The notes: a model not told the origin generated them from the sequence alone. A stretch of DNA of 64,000 bases from Mobula hypostoma (GCF_963921235.1 NC_086108.1:72914001-72978000), one strand, 5' to 3'. Shown: positions 37,358 to 52,000, numbered from the stretch's first letter. Program-made: numbers and translations.

Positions 37358-40300
37358 GTAACATAAGTCTTCATATTTTACCTTGGTCTGGTTATTCTCG
37401 CATTCTTAGACTACTTAAAGCCTTAGTTTATTGGGGTTTCACTACGTCTTTGTTCCTTTGTGTATTGACTGGTCTGTGCATAGTCTTTATAGTCTTTGCA
37501 GTATACTCTGTCCTGTTGCTGGTAGGGCCTGTTTCATATTTCGTAGAGCTTTATTTTTTATTCCTTGAAAAAACATTTGGCATCTCGATTTTGAAATCAA
37601 AATTATACATTTTTTTTGAAAATGACAATGCTGTATGTATAATCATATTGAAAATAACATATTCTGTCTGAAATAACTTCATAAAAATAACTTGAGTGAG
37701 AAATATTTTAATTAGAAGTTGTTTGAATAGTTCACTTTAAAAACAGGCTTTTGACAGTATAAGCTGGTTTATGTGGAATGGCAGCAAACCTCTTATCATA
37801 AGCAGGCGAGGGAAAGTTTTGCGTGCAAAGGAATTGTGTGAACAGCATAAACGATAAGAGGAGCTCTTTGTAAGCCATATCAGTTCTGAATAAAGCATTA
37901 TAAAGTGTCTGCTTTGTAGGGATCTAAGCACTATTTCTAAAGATTAATGTTGCTGTAGTCTCTTCTAGAGAGCAAAAAAGATAGCTAGAAATTGTGTGAT
38001 AGTTTTTGTAAGAGATTAATGCTATACATGAATTCTGTAGTTGTATTTTGGGGGGAAATGTGCATTGTAATCATCATTGACCCTTTAAGTACTGTGGTCT
38101 TGCTTATCGTCAATAGACTATGGAGTTAAATTGACAATTTTGGTGATTTTGCTGTTTGCAGTTTTTTTTTGTGAGTGAAAAGTGGCACGTAATTTGATTT
38201 CACAATGGTAGCCCTGCTATCATAACATGCACTTTGCAGGCAATCTGGGTTAGAAAGGTTTCATTTTGAAAGTTTCCAAGAGAATATTGTCCTCTTGGAG
38301 TCATTAACAAAAAGATGAAAGTTTAGTAATGCTGCTTTCTTTAAAATACAGCTGCTGACTTTTAGATAAAGATTGCCAGCAGAATAGGAGACAATAGAAG
38401 AGGGTAAGGCTCTAACAATGTTCAGATAGGGATTGGGGGGGGTAATGATTGGGTGGGGGGGAGAAGAGGAGGAGTTTCTTCAACCTTTTCTCCTTTAATA
38501 TTTATTGAAGAGAAACATGAGTCTGCTTGAACTTGGCATCATTTCTGTTGGAAGCTGTGGTCTGCTTTATGAGCTTTGAATGCATAATCGGTGTGTGAAC
38601 TCAGCACTACCCTGATCCACTCTGGCCAGCCTCTTCCCAATAGAGTGCTATACAGACCATGAAATTCTGCTAGCTTGGCGACTTCTGGATGTGATTGTAA
38701 TGATAAGAGTTTGGCCAGACACTTCCTCTTAACACCCACACTCTCCCCTCCCCACCCGATTCTTGCTGCTGTTCTCTTTGGATCACCGCAGATCACGTTG
38801 CAGTATCTAGGGATTTTTTTTTTAGGTGAGATTATAGAGGCATCAGCTATTTCTGCAACAGGCCATTTTAATCTTTATTTCATGCTTAGTGATTCAATGA
38901 AGTAGATGTGTAAGAATAGTTGATATGCCCATTTAAAGCATTGCATTGCTTCTTAATCCTATCCATTGCAAAGAAACTGGTTTGCTGTCTTGCTGCTAAG
39001 CCATAATTTGTAGACCAGCATTTGCAAAGATATTTGTTAATGCTGCCATATTGATCCAAATGGATTAAAATATGGAGTATGAACAGTTTCTCTTTTGGAA
39101 AAATTACAGCCATGTTGCAGTTTGGGAACTTGCACTCTGTTGCTGACAAGAATATCATTTGCATTCTGAAGATGTGCAGGCATCAGAGTCTTTGCAAATG
39201 ATGTCACTCATATTTGAAGACAATAGTGCATAGAGTGATACTCCAACAGCAGTATATTTCCATAACAGCTCTCCAAGAGTGGAAAGTGAACTGTGCAGTT
39301 CCATCAGAGCAGTGGCCTATCTATAGCCACAATTTTTATTTGCATACTGTTACCAGATCCAGTGTAATGGTAATTAACAAAACCCTTATTATATTTTTCC
39401 GGCTTTCACATCCCAACGGGACTTGGCTGGATACATTATTCAGCTAAGGTTACACGAGCAGTGAAGAGGTTGGTGGTGTGGAGTTTGTTGGGGGGGTGGA
39501 TGGTTGGTGGTTGCTGGGTGTCATGTCTCAGCCCCTGATAATGTCACAGCAGCAAGTCTTCTTAAAACAGCTGAGCTTTGTGCTAGTATTCTGTCAGGAT
39601 GTTGCTTGACTGTGTTGCTCCATTTGCCATTTGATTCACTTTTGCCAACCTGGTGATTGACAATAAAGTACTAAGTCCTATATGGAAGGTCATTGTAGGA
39701 GTAATATGTAAACCACATTACATTCAAATCCTTAAGAATATTGCTTCAAATTTAGTTTAATGCTTGTGATTCCCTATTTTATACTTGACAAAATTCATTT
39801 TCATTGTAGAAGTTAAAATATAATATGCCAGGTCAGTTTTTCTGTAAAATTTTTGATAAATGCTGCTGCAAGTAATTCTTATTATTAATGTTGATAGCAA
39901 ATGGTGAAGATCAAATGATAACCTACTAGGATGTATAAGTAGTGATGTGTTCACATTCCTAGTTGTGCACTAACTTGTGTCCAAATTAGTAAATGTGTCC
40001 AAGAATTAATCAGTTGTGCTGTCTGAGTTTTGCTTGCATCTGAGTTTTCACCTTTGTCCTGTTAATGTGGAAGAAATGCAATCTGATTGCAGCAGCAATA
40101 TTAAACAATTTGCAAAAAGAAGTCTTTCCAGTTATAGAGTCAGAGGACTCGGCAGGGTTTAAGCTGTGAGTTACTTGGCCAGTTTGTGAGAGATAACTTT
40201 AGGGAAAAGTTTTGATTAGTTCCAAATAATATAACTTGTGACTTGATAAATATGTCTGTTTGATGCCCTCTGTCCACAGATTGAATTGAGAGAACCCATC

Positions 40301-43300
40301 CAAAGTAAATTAATCATATTGTTTAAAACTCAATGCAATTAATAATGTTTTCTGCTTCTGCAAAGTTTCTCCCTTCTTATTTCACTTTTCTAAGTAAGTT
40401 GAACATAATTGTCCAGCTAATTCAATGCCAGCTTGACTGTTACACTGAGGTTGGTAATGATGTGGGGTGGGGTGGAGGTAGATGCCAGTGAGGCATTGAT
40501 AATGATGCTTTCTTGTGCGACAGCTGTACTCAAATAAGATTGGTATTTTTCTTGCTCGAGGATGTAACCAACAAGCTAGAGGCATTGTGCCAAGAAAGAC
40601 CCTTCTTCTGAGTAGCTGTCCTCGAGGGTTTTGTTGGATTAAGCCAGGCAAATAGTTCAAGTTTACTGGCAGAAGTTGCCTTTAGGAGTAGTTACCCTTT
40701 TTAATATAGAAATCATTTCTTCTGGAGGTTTTGAATTGCTGATTGCTAATCACAATATTATTTGTACCTGTACTTCATACTGAGGCTGATAGTAATTATG
40801 TGATTAAAAACCATTTTGTTGAAGAGAATTTGGAAAATACCCATAATTTCCTAACTGAGCAGTCTGTATTAGGAAGAGGAATGGTATCAGACTATGGAAA
40901 TTTGGGTGCTGCTTAATGCTACTGTCTCACAGCACAAGGGACTTGGGTTTCAGCCTCCTTTGGGTGCTGTATTTGCAGAACTTGGACATTCTCCCTGTGA
41001 CTTTAGTTCATTCCCACATCCCAAAAATGGACCCATAGATTCATTGGCTACTGCAAATGACTTCAGTGTGGGTTAATGACAAAGTGAATTAAAAGCATGT
41101 GTGACACTATGTGACAAGGGCACAAGGAAATAAGGAATGAGGGAATGGGAGAAAGGTGTGTGATTGTTTTCCTGGGAGTTGTATGGACTGATGGGCTGAA
41201 TTGCCTACTTCTGTTGGTAAACATTTAAGATGCATGAGAACAAGGGCAGAACTGGAATAGTCTCAATGAGCAATTAGATTGCCTATGCATAGAAGACTGA
41301 GTGAAGTGCTGCAAGATCGGAATAATATGACTGGATGCCCACTAGTCAGCAAAGATGTTGTGGGCCAAATGGCCTGTTCCCATGCTGCATAATTCTTTCA
41401 TAACCGTTGATCCATTTATCCATCGACAATTCAGACACAGAAAAGAGCATTGTTTTCCCAATATTTCCTAACTCTCAAAAACACAATTCGAGCTTTGTAA
41501 ACTTATCTCAGAACATCTATGGGTTTTGGGATCCGATCTGACCAGTTACTGAAGAGGGATGCAGGGTTTCGAAAAATTGAAGTGATTTGCATCAAATCAA
41601 CCAGTGAAGCAATGTATAATCTATGGATGGAGATGGGAGTTGGGACAGATTGAATTTGGTTCATATTTGATTTATAGACAATGAAGTCCCATGGCTTGTA
41701 ACCATCAGTGTGCTTATCTAGAATCTTAATTTATATAGCTCTGTAAACATTTAAAGTCTTTAATGTTAATATTTTGCATCTTAAAGCCAATTTGACTTTG
41801 TACTTTTCACTATTGAGAGACTTTCCCCTTTAAAACAGGTTGAGTGATCATGATACAATGACTATAGTAGGAAACATATGATAGAGAAGCAGTTCTTCAC
41901 TAACATTCTCAAAATAAAACCATAAATCCATTCCAATTTATTGTGCCATTTTGGGAAAATAACCTAAATTAAAATTCCAGTGTTATTGTGAAAGAGGTGA
42001 TAGACGGTATTGTATAAGTAATGTTTTGGATTTGAAAGGCTTATTCTGTACTTGCAAATGCAGCTTGGCACATAGAAAATTGTGGGTGAAGGTAGAAATT
42101 ATTCAAATGGCAGCCTCTTGTACTATATTACTTTTTGTTTAATCATAGCTGTGCAGTGCCCAATCAATACTTGTCCCATCTGTAGAGCAGTCCCAAAGAA
42201 ACTATGAGCTGATTACATAATGAATAAAATGAGAATCATCTAAACCTCCTGGAAATTTGAGGTCTTGGAGATAGTTTGGAATAAATCCCTAAAGAATATT
42301 TGCACAAAGTGATAATACTGATAAATATGCGGTTGCCTTTTGTTTTTATATGATAACACTTTCTGTACTTAAGGCAGAAATTGGATTAGTTTTTCTGGTG
42401 AGCAAAGCCATATTGATGCAAATAACCCTTTGAATGTGTTGGGGTAGTAGTATTAATGAAATGTTTACCCCCATTGGCAGTAATAGTTGTGGGGGAAAGG
42501 ATGGAGATGGCATACAGTACCATCTGTGTGCAATTGGTCTTAACTGTTTTGTTTTAAATACTGATTTGGAATTGCCTGAATATTTTTTGGATGCACAGCT
42601 ACAGATTAACAAAATTTGTCATTTGAAGGAAAATAATTGAAATTAACTGAAGAATAAAAAACGCTGACTAAACCCTGCTAGAGTGAAGTGAAATGTTATT
42701 ATATGAAGTGATCTGGTTCCAGTGTTAACTTTTCATGGAATGAAGACCTGGTCTTGTCTTTCTGAGAGATATTGGGGTATGTGTTGGAACATATGTTCCC
42801 CAGTATTTGCTGAGTGCTTATTATTCATCACAACTTTAGAAACATACGACTTTTATACAGTATCAAGATTGAGTAACACTGCTTTCATTCAGAAGGTTAG
42901 AACTACCAGGTGGTTCTGATACAGGCCTTAAAATTCAGCAGTTGCTGAATCCAGCCTTATTAGCTGGCATGATACTGTGCAGTGGAGTGAATCCGACACA
43001 AATAAAGGAACTGACAATGCGTGAAGTAGATATCCTGAACATAGTAATACATGCCAGCCTTCTATCAGAAGTGTTTGCCATCCACAATAAGGCAACAAAG
43101 ACGTATTTCTGAATTGTAGTTTTAAGTAGAAAGCTAATTGAAAGGCACATTATTAGAGAGCAAGGATTAAAAATTTAAGCATGAACATTACAATTGCATA
43201 GCTGCATATTAATTTCTGTTGAAGTTTAAGCATTGATTTGCTTTTTTATATTTGTGTACTGATTTATTTGTTGTGTAGTACTCTTCAATAAAATCCGTGA

Positions 43301-43859
43301 TGTTTGAACCTTTTTTACCAGTTAATTAAATTTGCTGTCAGTCTTGTTTATGTAATTGTGTATAACATTCTTATTTATCTTTTTTCATAGCAAGTGTTCT
43401 TTTTCTTTGAAATGATGATGCAGAATTTAAAAAAACACTACTTTTCAACATGGCTGCCTCCCTTCAGTGATATGACAGAATAGATTACAACTATATACAC
43501 TAATTCAGCTCTACCTTATTCTAACCTGCATTGTGAGAATTGGATTAAATTTATATTGAAATTGTGTGGTTGCTGAGTTAGAATACAGCTTGTATCTTGT
43601 ATATCTTATGATACCTGGAAGCATGAAGTGTGGATCTAACAAACGCATTTAATGATCTCAGGTTTTAGTGATCATATATTTTGTATCTAGAGTTGGAGCA
43701 GATTTGGTACTAGCAAATAATAGCCTGTCTAGAAATTGCAGTGGTCTAGAAAAAGCTCTCTGCATGGTTGTTGAATGGCACGCCAATAGATGTTGTAGGC
43801 GTGGATCTGCTGTAATGTCTGAGGTCTCAACCTAGATTGGAATACCCAGAGTCAACTCC

Positions 43860-44130
43860 AAAGTAAATTTATGATCAAATTATGTATGTCACCATATACA
43901 ACACTCAGATTCATTTTCTTGAGGGGCATACTCAGTAAATCCAAGAACCGTAATAGAATCAATGAAAGACTGCCCCAACAGGGCAAACAAACAACCAATG
44001 TGCAAAAGACAATAAACTGCATAAATACAAAAGAGAAGAAAAATAATAATAAATGAATATCAAGAGCATGTAGTGAAGAGTCCTTGAAAATGAGTCCATA
44101 GGTTGTGGGAACAACTCAGTGATAGGACAG
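43860..44130 (-). mobile_element. Rex1-type LINE 3'UTR
   Basis: Clearly similar to 120-300 (atagaatcaatgaaagac...gaagagtccttgaaaa...ccataggttgtgg). Confidence 0.8.
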
Positions 44131-45899
44131 TGAGAAGTGTAGAAAATTGCCTGGCTTCCGGCATTGTGAGAGAAGTAATAGAGATACCGACATTAGTGAA
44201 CTGTTCAGGACCTTGGAAAAGATTTACACCTTAAGTGATGCATTGGGATTGAAATCAGGGCTTTTATTATGAAGTTGTTTTTGATGGCTGCGGATGTAAG
44301 TGAAGTAAATGAGACTTGGTGACATTGGAGTTAAACACAGAGTTATTAAAATGTTGCTGTTCAGGGGATTCCCTGTGAATTGGAACAATTTGTCCCATGA
44401 TTGAAGTGACTGGAACAAGGAAGGCACATTTCAAGCTGTAAGCAATTAAAGTGCCAAGATTACTACCTGAAATTCATGGCTGCAAGGGTGAAGTTGACAG
44501 CAAACTCCTGCATCTCCACATGCCCAATCTGAAGTATCTATCCATGTGTTGCTGTCAGTAATACCCTGCTCTTCCACAGAGGGCAATGTTGCAGTCTTTG
44601 CAGATCTAATCAACTAGAATAAATGATCTAATGATAACTCCAATTCTGTTTCTCCAGTCATTCTTGCTATAAAAACATAAATGAGAGACAACTGAGATTT
44701 TAAATGCTGTTGAAGAAATTCAGCCCTTTAAAAAACAACATTTTTATTTGCTGTATAATATAGTTTCCTTGGGGACAAGTTCTGAAATTTCAGTTTTTTA
44801 AAAATATTTTTAAATTTCAGTTTCCGCCTTGACTTCCAAGCTTTGCTGTCTGTAAAATTACTAAATACAAAGGTAATTTTGTTTTTTTTTATATAGGCAC
44901 CACCATAGCAGCACAAAGTATGTTTATACCTGCTTTGTTTACCATGCTGATTTTGAGTATCTTTGCCCAAAATGTCTTTGTGCTTCTTTATTCTCCTTTC
45001 AAATGCAAAGGAATGTACAAAGCATTTCCATGCAAAGAGTTGAAGTGCATTGGAAAGTCCTGTTTTAATTTTGCAACAAAACACTTAACACCAGTTAGTC
45101 CCAATCTATAAAATTTGATTTTATACTTCTGTATAGTCTTACAGTTATTAGGTAACTGATAGTAGCGTAAGATGCTGCTTTGGATTTGGTGTTCTTCTCT
45201 CTATGATCGTAATACTACTGTGACATGATGTTGCCTTGAAATGTTTGAATTGCTATTTTGTGGCTATTAAGCCTTTTGGTTTGATTATTGGCTAGAGCAT
45301 AGGATCCTATAATCATCAAATACCAGGGTTCACAAGTAATACATAGATTATATTATTGAACTCGGACTTGGATGTTCTTCATTTCTTTTTGATATCTGTC
45401 AAAATGTTGCAAAGTTTTCTTAAGGAGTAGAAATATAATTACATTTTAGTGAAATACATAATGAGAAAGTTAGGCTTGAAGTATCCTCAAGAGTATGTGA
45501 AATATGCAGGCATCATGTTTCAGTAAAAAGTTGTATATCCATATGTTGTAAAGTGAACAAAATTTATTGGGATCTGACACTGAAATGTTAACCCTTTCGT
45601 ATTGCCAAATGTGCTTTTTTTAAGCAAATTTTTTTAAAAAACAGTCATGTATCTAAATATCTTTAGAGGAATCCTTCAGCATTATTTTGTTTACTTACCC
45701 TTAATTGAGTCTGAGATTGTTGCCACATCGTACAAAAAATTCAAATTTTCTATGCACTTTATTTGAGTACCCATAGTACACCAGAACAAATTTGGGTTTT
45801 GTGAAATATTTCATTCTTGTTTGTGCAAAATCTGCTGTGAAGGAATAGAACAAAACTTTATTTACAGACTTTAACACTTGTGTTATTGGGTATGGGGGC

Positions 45900-46350
45900 G
45901 AGATTAGCAGATGGCACCAAAGTTATTCATGCCTGTTCAGGAGCCAGATGATAGCTCCTGAGCTTGATGATGTGGCACCTAAAGCTGTCTGTACCTCCTG
46001 CCTGATGTTTATAGCAAGAAGAGGGCATAGCTTGGAAGATGGAGGTCTTTTATGATCGATGCTACTTTCTTATGGCAGTCTTCCATGTTAATGTACTCAG
46101 CGGTGAGGTGGGCCTTGCCTGTGATGGATGGTGCTGTATCCACCACTCCCTGTGATCTTCTTCTGTTCCTTGGCTTTGGTGTTTCCATACCAGGCCATGA
46201 TGCAGCCAGTTAGGATATGCTCTACTGTGTATCTATAGAAGTTTGTCAGAGTTTTTGGTGATATGCTGAATCTGTGCTAACTTCTAAGAAAGTGTTGTGC
46301 CTTCATTGTGATGACACTTGTGTGCTGGTCCCAGGACAGATCCTGACAGG
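45900..46350 (-). mobile_element. Rex1-type LINE fragment
   Basis: Similar to 360-660 (gtttccataccaggc...tctatagaagtttgtca). Confidence 0.75.
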
Positions 46351-46379
46351 TATCCTTAATATTCACAAGGCTTGAGTTA

Positions 46380-48088
46380 CTGTGCCTATAAAAAGTATTC
46401 ACCCCCTTGGAAGTTTTCATGTTTTCTTGTTTCACAACATTGAATCGCAGTGATTTAATTTTTTTTTGACATTGATCAACAGAAAAATATTTTTACTTGT
46501 TAAAGTGAAAACAGATCTCTATAAAGTGATCTGTGTACATACATCTATTGATGCTTCTGGACACATCTTCAGTGATGTTCCTGGAATCATCGGGTGTTTC
46601 GGGTCTTTCAGCATCATACAACCTCCTCCAGGTGACCCAGCCGGGGCTGATCAGACCCCAACTTGTGTCCAGATGGCTAGCTACTTATGACTAGCTAAAA
46701 TATTTTTACTTGCTAAAGTGAAAACAGATCTCTATAAAGTGATCTAAATTAATTACAAATATAAAATACAAAATAATTGATTGCATAAGTATTTGCCCCC
46801 TTCACGTCAGTATTCAGTAGATGCCCCTTGGCAGCAATTACAGCCTTGAGTTTGTGTGGTAGGTCTCTATTAGCTTTGCACATCTGGACACTGCAATTTT
46901 CCCCCATTATTCTTTACAAAACTGCTCAAGCTCTATCAAAATGCATGGGGATCGTGAGTGAACAGCCCTTTTCAAATCCAGCCACAAATTCTCAATTGGA
47001 TTGAAGTCTGGACTCTGACTTGGCTCCTCCAGGACATTAACTTCGTTGTTTTTAAGTCATTTCTTCGTAGCTTTGGCTTTATGCTTGGGGTCATTATCTT
47101 GCTGGAAAACAAAGCTTCTCCCAAATCGCAGTTCTTCCAGAACCTGCCGCAGTGAAGCATCCCCCAGCATGTTGCAGCCATCACCATACTTCGTGGCAGG
47201 GCTGGTGTGTTTTTGATTATGTGCAGTGTGTGGCTTATGCCAAACAGCATTTAGTCTGTTGGCCAAAAAGCTCATTTTGGTTTCATCAGACCATAGAACC
47301 TACTTCCAGAGTCTCCCACATTCCTTCTGGCAAACTCCAGCTGAGATTTCATGTGAGTGTTTTTTGCAACAGTGGCTTTCTCTTTACCACTCTCTGATAA
47401 AGATGTGACCTGTGAAGCACCCAGGCAACAGTTGTATGCACAGTCTCTCCCACTGAAGCTTGTAACTCTTTCAGAGTTGCTATAGGTCTCTTGGTGGCCT
47501 CCCTCACTAGTCCCCTTCTTGCATGGTCACTCAGTTTTTGAGGATGATCTGCTCTCAACAGATTTACACCTATGCCATATTTTTTCCATTTCTTGATGAT
47601 TGATCTAACTGTACTCCCAAGGGATATTCAGTGAATTTGAAGTTGTCTTATATTTATCTCCTGACTTGTGCTTTTTAATAATCTTTTCATGGAGTTGCTT
47701 GGAGTGTTTTTTTGTCTTCATGGTGTAGTTTTTGCCAGGATACTGACTCACCAGCAGTTGGGCCTTCCAGATACAGCTGTGTATTTACTGCAATTAATTG
47801 AAACACCTTGACTTCACACAAGTCTCCAAAAACAGATCTCTATTTAACTAATTATGTGACTTCTAAAACCAGTTGGCTGCACCAATGATGATTTGGTGTG
47901 TTACTTTTGCAATCAATTATTTTGTGTTTTATACTTGTAATTAATTTAGATCTCTCTGTTTTCACTTTGACACGAAAGAGTCTTTCTGTTGATCAGTGTC
48001 AAAAAAGCTAAATTAAGTTCACTGTGATTCAATGTTGTAAAACAATAAAACATGAAAACTTCCTAAGGGTTGAATACTTTTTTATAGG
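46380..48088 (-). mobile_element. Tc1-family DNA transposon with long (about 200 bp) TIRs, decayed
   Basis: TA then C(T)GTGCCTATAAAAAGTATTCACCCCC, mirrored at about 47900-48088. Minus-strand transposase pieces LVREATKRPIATLKELQ...KRKPLL and FVFQQDNDPKH. Confidence 0.92.
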
Positions 48089-48089
48089 A

Positions 48090-48470
48090 GAGACTTCATA
48101 GGCTAGGACTTGTTTTCCTTGAAACAAAGGAGGCTGAGTGGGTGACCTTATTCATAAGGGGCACAGATATTGGTCAGTCTTTTCAGGTAGGGATTCTAAA
48201 ACTGGGGGGGGGGCATTAAATTAATATGTGAGGGGAAAGATTTGAAGGAGAACCTAGAGGCCTCTCTCTCTCACAAAAGCCGGTGGGTATGTGCATTGAG
48301 CTGCCAAAGAGATGTGTTAGGGATGGGTACAATTACCTACTTTAAAAGATACCATGGATAAGAACAGTTTAAAAGACTATCAGGCAAATGGCATTAGCTC
48401 AGGGAAGCTCCTTGATAGCCCAGGATGAGCTTGACTATAGGGCCTGTATCCATGTGGCATAACTAACTCT
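48090..48470 (+). mobile_element. CR1 LINE 3' fragment
   Basis: aggctaggacttgttttccttgaaacaaaggaggctgag (RLGLxSLEQRRL-like) followed by a CR1-type 3'UTR. Confidence 0.65.
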
Positions 48471-48974
48471 TTCATTCTTTTCTGTTCCAAATCAAAATGC
48501 AAGAAGCAATACTTCCAATAGGCACTGATTTTTATTACTGAGAAAGGAAGGCCAATTACAATGGCCAACCAATAGTATGGAATCTAAGGTGGGCCAGTGG
48601 TAAATGGCCTACAACCAAACAGGGACACTCAGCCAAGGAGGAAAAATTCAGGCAGGTTGTCCACAAGTAATCTCTGTCCAATGATTACTGCTGAATGCCT
48701 GTCCATTTTAGGGATAGTCTTGTGTTAACACAATGCCTTTATCAGGAAAAGCAGATATGGTGCATTGGCTGAAGCCTCATCCAGAGGTTAATTTCAAAGA
48801 GGAGTATAATGGACAGTGTTAAATGGGAAAAGGGGAAGAATGGAATATCATGCAAGAACCAGATAAAAGTGAGTGCTCTTTCTCTTTGTCTTCAGATTAA
48901 TGGAAGTGTTTTTCTAAGTATTGTGGCTATTGTTAGATTCAATAGATTAAATTTCCATAAATATGTCTCTAAGC

Positions 48975-49051
48975 TAAGGGTTCCTAATGAGGGGTCCTTG
49001 GGCCCCTTAATGGTATTTGGTCCATGGTATAAAAAAGGTTGGGAAACCTTG
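48975..49051. mobile_element. Tiny hAT MITE
   Basis: Ends taagggttcc / gggaaaccttg with 8-bp flanks ctctaagc / ctctaaac (7 of 8 identical). Confidence 0.65.
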
Positions 49052-52000
49052 CTCTAAACCAATCATCTATATTTCTGGACAAAGCATCCTAGGTGCCTTC
49101 TAAAAATAGAAGGTGATTACCCTTGGACTAATTTAAAATTAAACTTGTAGCTATTCTATTAGTGTGGACTAGAGTTTAAACTTTGATTTTTGGGATGAAA
49201 CTAGAAATTTCTCAGCCACTATCAACCTCTAACCTGTAAAATTTCCAATGAAGTGGTCTTTTTTTGTTTTGCTAGAGTTAATAGCCCACCATGTAGTTTC
49301 AATACTTTACAAAATTGAATGACCTTGTTTGGTGTTAGTGCCTTGTAATCTGTAGCTTGTTGATCAGATGAATTTGGTCAATTTTTGGATAGCTTGCTCA
49401 ATGAAATTTATGATGTGGAACCCTGAGGGAACTGTCTGATAGTTGAATAACCAGGAAAAGATGTATGTGGAAAGGAGTTCTTGGCTGATGGATTTTAAGT
49501 TGCTTTTCTTAATTCTTCATCCATTTTATGATGGGAAGTCCCACAGTGAGGGAGAACTTAGACTTTGAGATTTGTTAGAAAGGTTTGGATTTCTTACAAA
49601 ATCCATGTAAAACAAAGTGAGTTTGGAAAACCAAAGGGCAAAATTTGACCTTTGGACCTTGTGATTTTCAATTCTCTGAAGCCAAGAGGTTTGGACCAGT
49701 ATCTTATTTGCTACATATTCTGTTGTATCTTCCCTGTCAAGTGTGAACTAAGCTCTACTGTGCATTATGAAAGAGAAACTAAAAGTTATTTAACAGTTTA
49801 ATTGAAAAGATCTTTTCCAACCGTTATTGAAAATAAGACAATTTGGCATATTAGTTTGAAAGTGAACGCATTATATTTCATGCTTAAACTGGCTTCTTGA
49901 ATTTCATGCAATTGACTATATTTAAAAACTTTATTTTTAAGCTTTTGCAGGTTATAAATGTGTTCGTATTGCTGTTATATAGTTGGTTCATCATTGGATG
50001 GAAATTACAGTATTCTTAAATATACAGTTATTTCAAACCAATTATATTTAATAGCTTGATTTGCAGAGATAAGGTAAGGACCTTGAATGATTTTCTTTCA
50101 AAAAGCTAGCATGTGGAAAATTATGAATAATAAATTGGAAGGAGTCAAATGTGGATCATTTCTGTGTTTGGTATGTAATCTTGGTAAATTTGCAATCAAG
50201 ACCATGATCCAAATCGATTGAAAACTTTTTTTAACCGAAAAAAAAGGCCAGTTATTCCTGGAGTTATCTTCGCCATGTTGTTACATAATAATTAGACTGT
50301 ATCTTGATTGTATATTTCTACTGTCCATTTCTTTCATTTTCATTTGACTAAGGCGTGTGTCAGTAGGGGTTGGCAGTTTGGGCTTTGACCTTTTGTGTGA
50401 AGTGCATCTAATCATAACAACTGATCGGGCTCTGTTCTTTGTCTTGGTCTTCCTCTGATAAATTATTCTTTCCCTATGTCAAATCATTTAGTCATCTTTA
50501 ATACTTCAGTTAATTGACACTTTAATCTTCTGTGCTGAAGGAAATGCAAACCTTGTGAATGCAGTCTGCTCTTGCAATTTAATCTTTCTGACTCTGGTTT
50601 CATTCAAGTGAGTTTGTGTTATGCCCTTTTCAAGATTAATACATCTTTTTTCAGTGGGTGCTCAGTTTTGAGTACAGTCCTGCAGATGAGACTGTTCACC
50701 TATAGCAATATGTGTAACCTTTGTATTCCAGCCAGAGATTCCATTAGCTATTTTAATACATTTTTATCTGCTTCTCCCTCATGCTTTAGTAATTTCATAG
50801 TCCACTAAAAGTCTTTAGTCTGCTATTTATAAATTTCTTGCCATTTACTATGCCATCCAACTTAATCAACAAATTTAGATCGAGAATTCATTATTCCTAA
50901 TTTATAAGTATAACAGAAAGCAAAGGCTGAATAAATGATGCTGAAGGACAGTGCATGTTATGTCCTGCCTGTCTGAATACATGTACTCTATTTCTAACTC
51001 CAAGCCAATACTTTTTTTTTAACTCAATAAATAGCCTGCAGTTCGGCTTGTACTTTTATGTTGCAAATGACATTCAAAGGCTTTCCCTCGTCTCGTGTTG
51101 CTGCCTGAAAACCAATGGCATTTATTTCATTGGACTTTATTCAGAATTTGCCCCTGACAGATTCCAGCATCAAAGACCAAATAGCTTTACAATTTAGTAT
51201 TTTAACTTGTCATTAAATAATAGAGCACGTTTATGGATTTTTCAATGCACGGAGACAATTCCTGAAACCATAGACTGGCGCATCAATAATTAGGTTTTTT
51301 TAAGACTCTGGTGTGGAAACCATTGGATTCCAATTTATCATCTTAAATTACATTAAATTTAGTTATTACCTCCTCTCAACTTATTTTGCTTTTCCTTGTA
51401 GCTCAGGTAATATCAAATTATTGATATAATAAGTATAAATGGCCAGTGTAGACAGTGTTAGAGTGGTTAGGCTTTGGCTCAACAGGCTTGGGCAAGAGCA
51501 GGCAGAGACTCTTAAGTAAGTTTCTAGTTAAGTTTTATTTTTCTTCTTTCTTTGCCTAGTACATGGCTATCGCATTGAGAACGGATCCAAAGTTAGTGTT
51601 ATGTTCTTCGTGTGAGATGTGGGAACTCTGGGAGACCTCCAGTTTCCCTAGTAATTACATATGCTTGAAGTGCATCTAGCTGAAAGCTCCAGCTGGATGA
51701 CCTTTGGCTGATAGGGAAGAATGAGAAAATGATGGATAGGAGTTCCAGAGAGGTAGTCACCCCTAAGGTGCAGGAGGCAGGTACCTGGGTGACTGTCAGG
51801 AGATGGAAAAGGAATAGGCAACCGGTGCAGAGTACCCCTGCAGCCATGCCCCTCAATAATAATAATAAAACTGCTTTAGATACTGTTGGGTTGGAGAACG
51901 ACCTATGGGGGCATGCTGTAGTGACTGGGTCTCTGGCACTGAGTCTGGCTCTGTGGCTCAGAAGGGAAGGGGATGGGGAAGAGGAGTGCCCGAGTGGTAG

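Noticed and set aside
37358..37671. Hydrophobic, transmembrane-like C-terminal extension of ORF 37252-37671
   Set aside because: Read-through into T-rich intron 1 past the canonical donor. Homology stops at DPP and resumes in exon 2.
38580..38615. ATG CAT AAT (MHN...) resembling the PIK3R1 p50-alpha first exon
   Set aside because: Similarity ends after three codons, and the nearby GT gives phase 2, incompatible with the phase-1 exon 2 acceptor.
38675..38905. Peptide SPQITLQYL resembling the p85 BH-domain LTLQYL
   Set aside because: Only five residues match, it lies downstream of the p55 exon (the wrong position for a BH exon), and I see no convincing exon boundaries.
49951..50073. Possible poison exon in intron 1 (ttttgcag|...AAG|gtaagg)
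   Set aside because: AT-rich with stops and no supporting evidence beyond the splice-like motifs.
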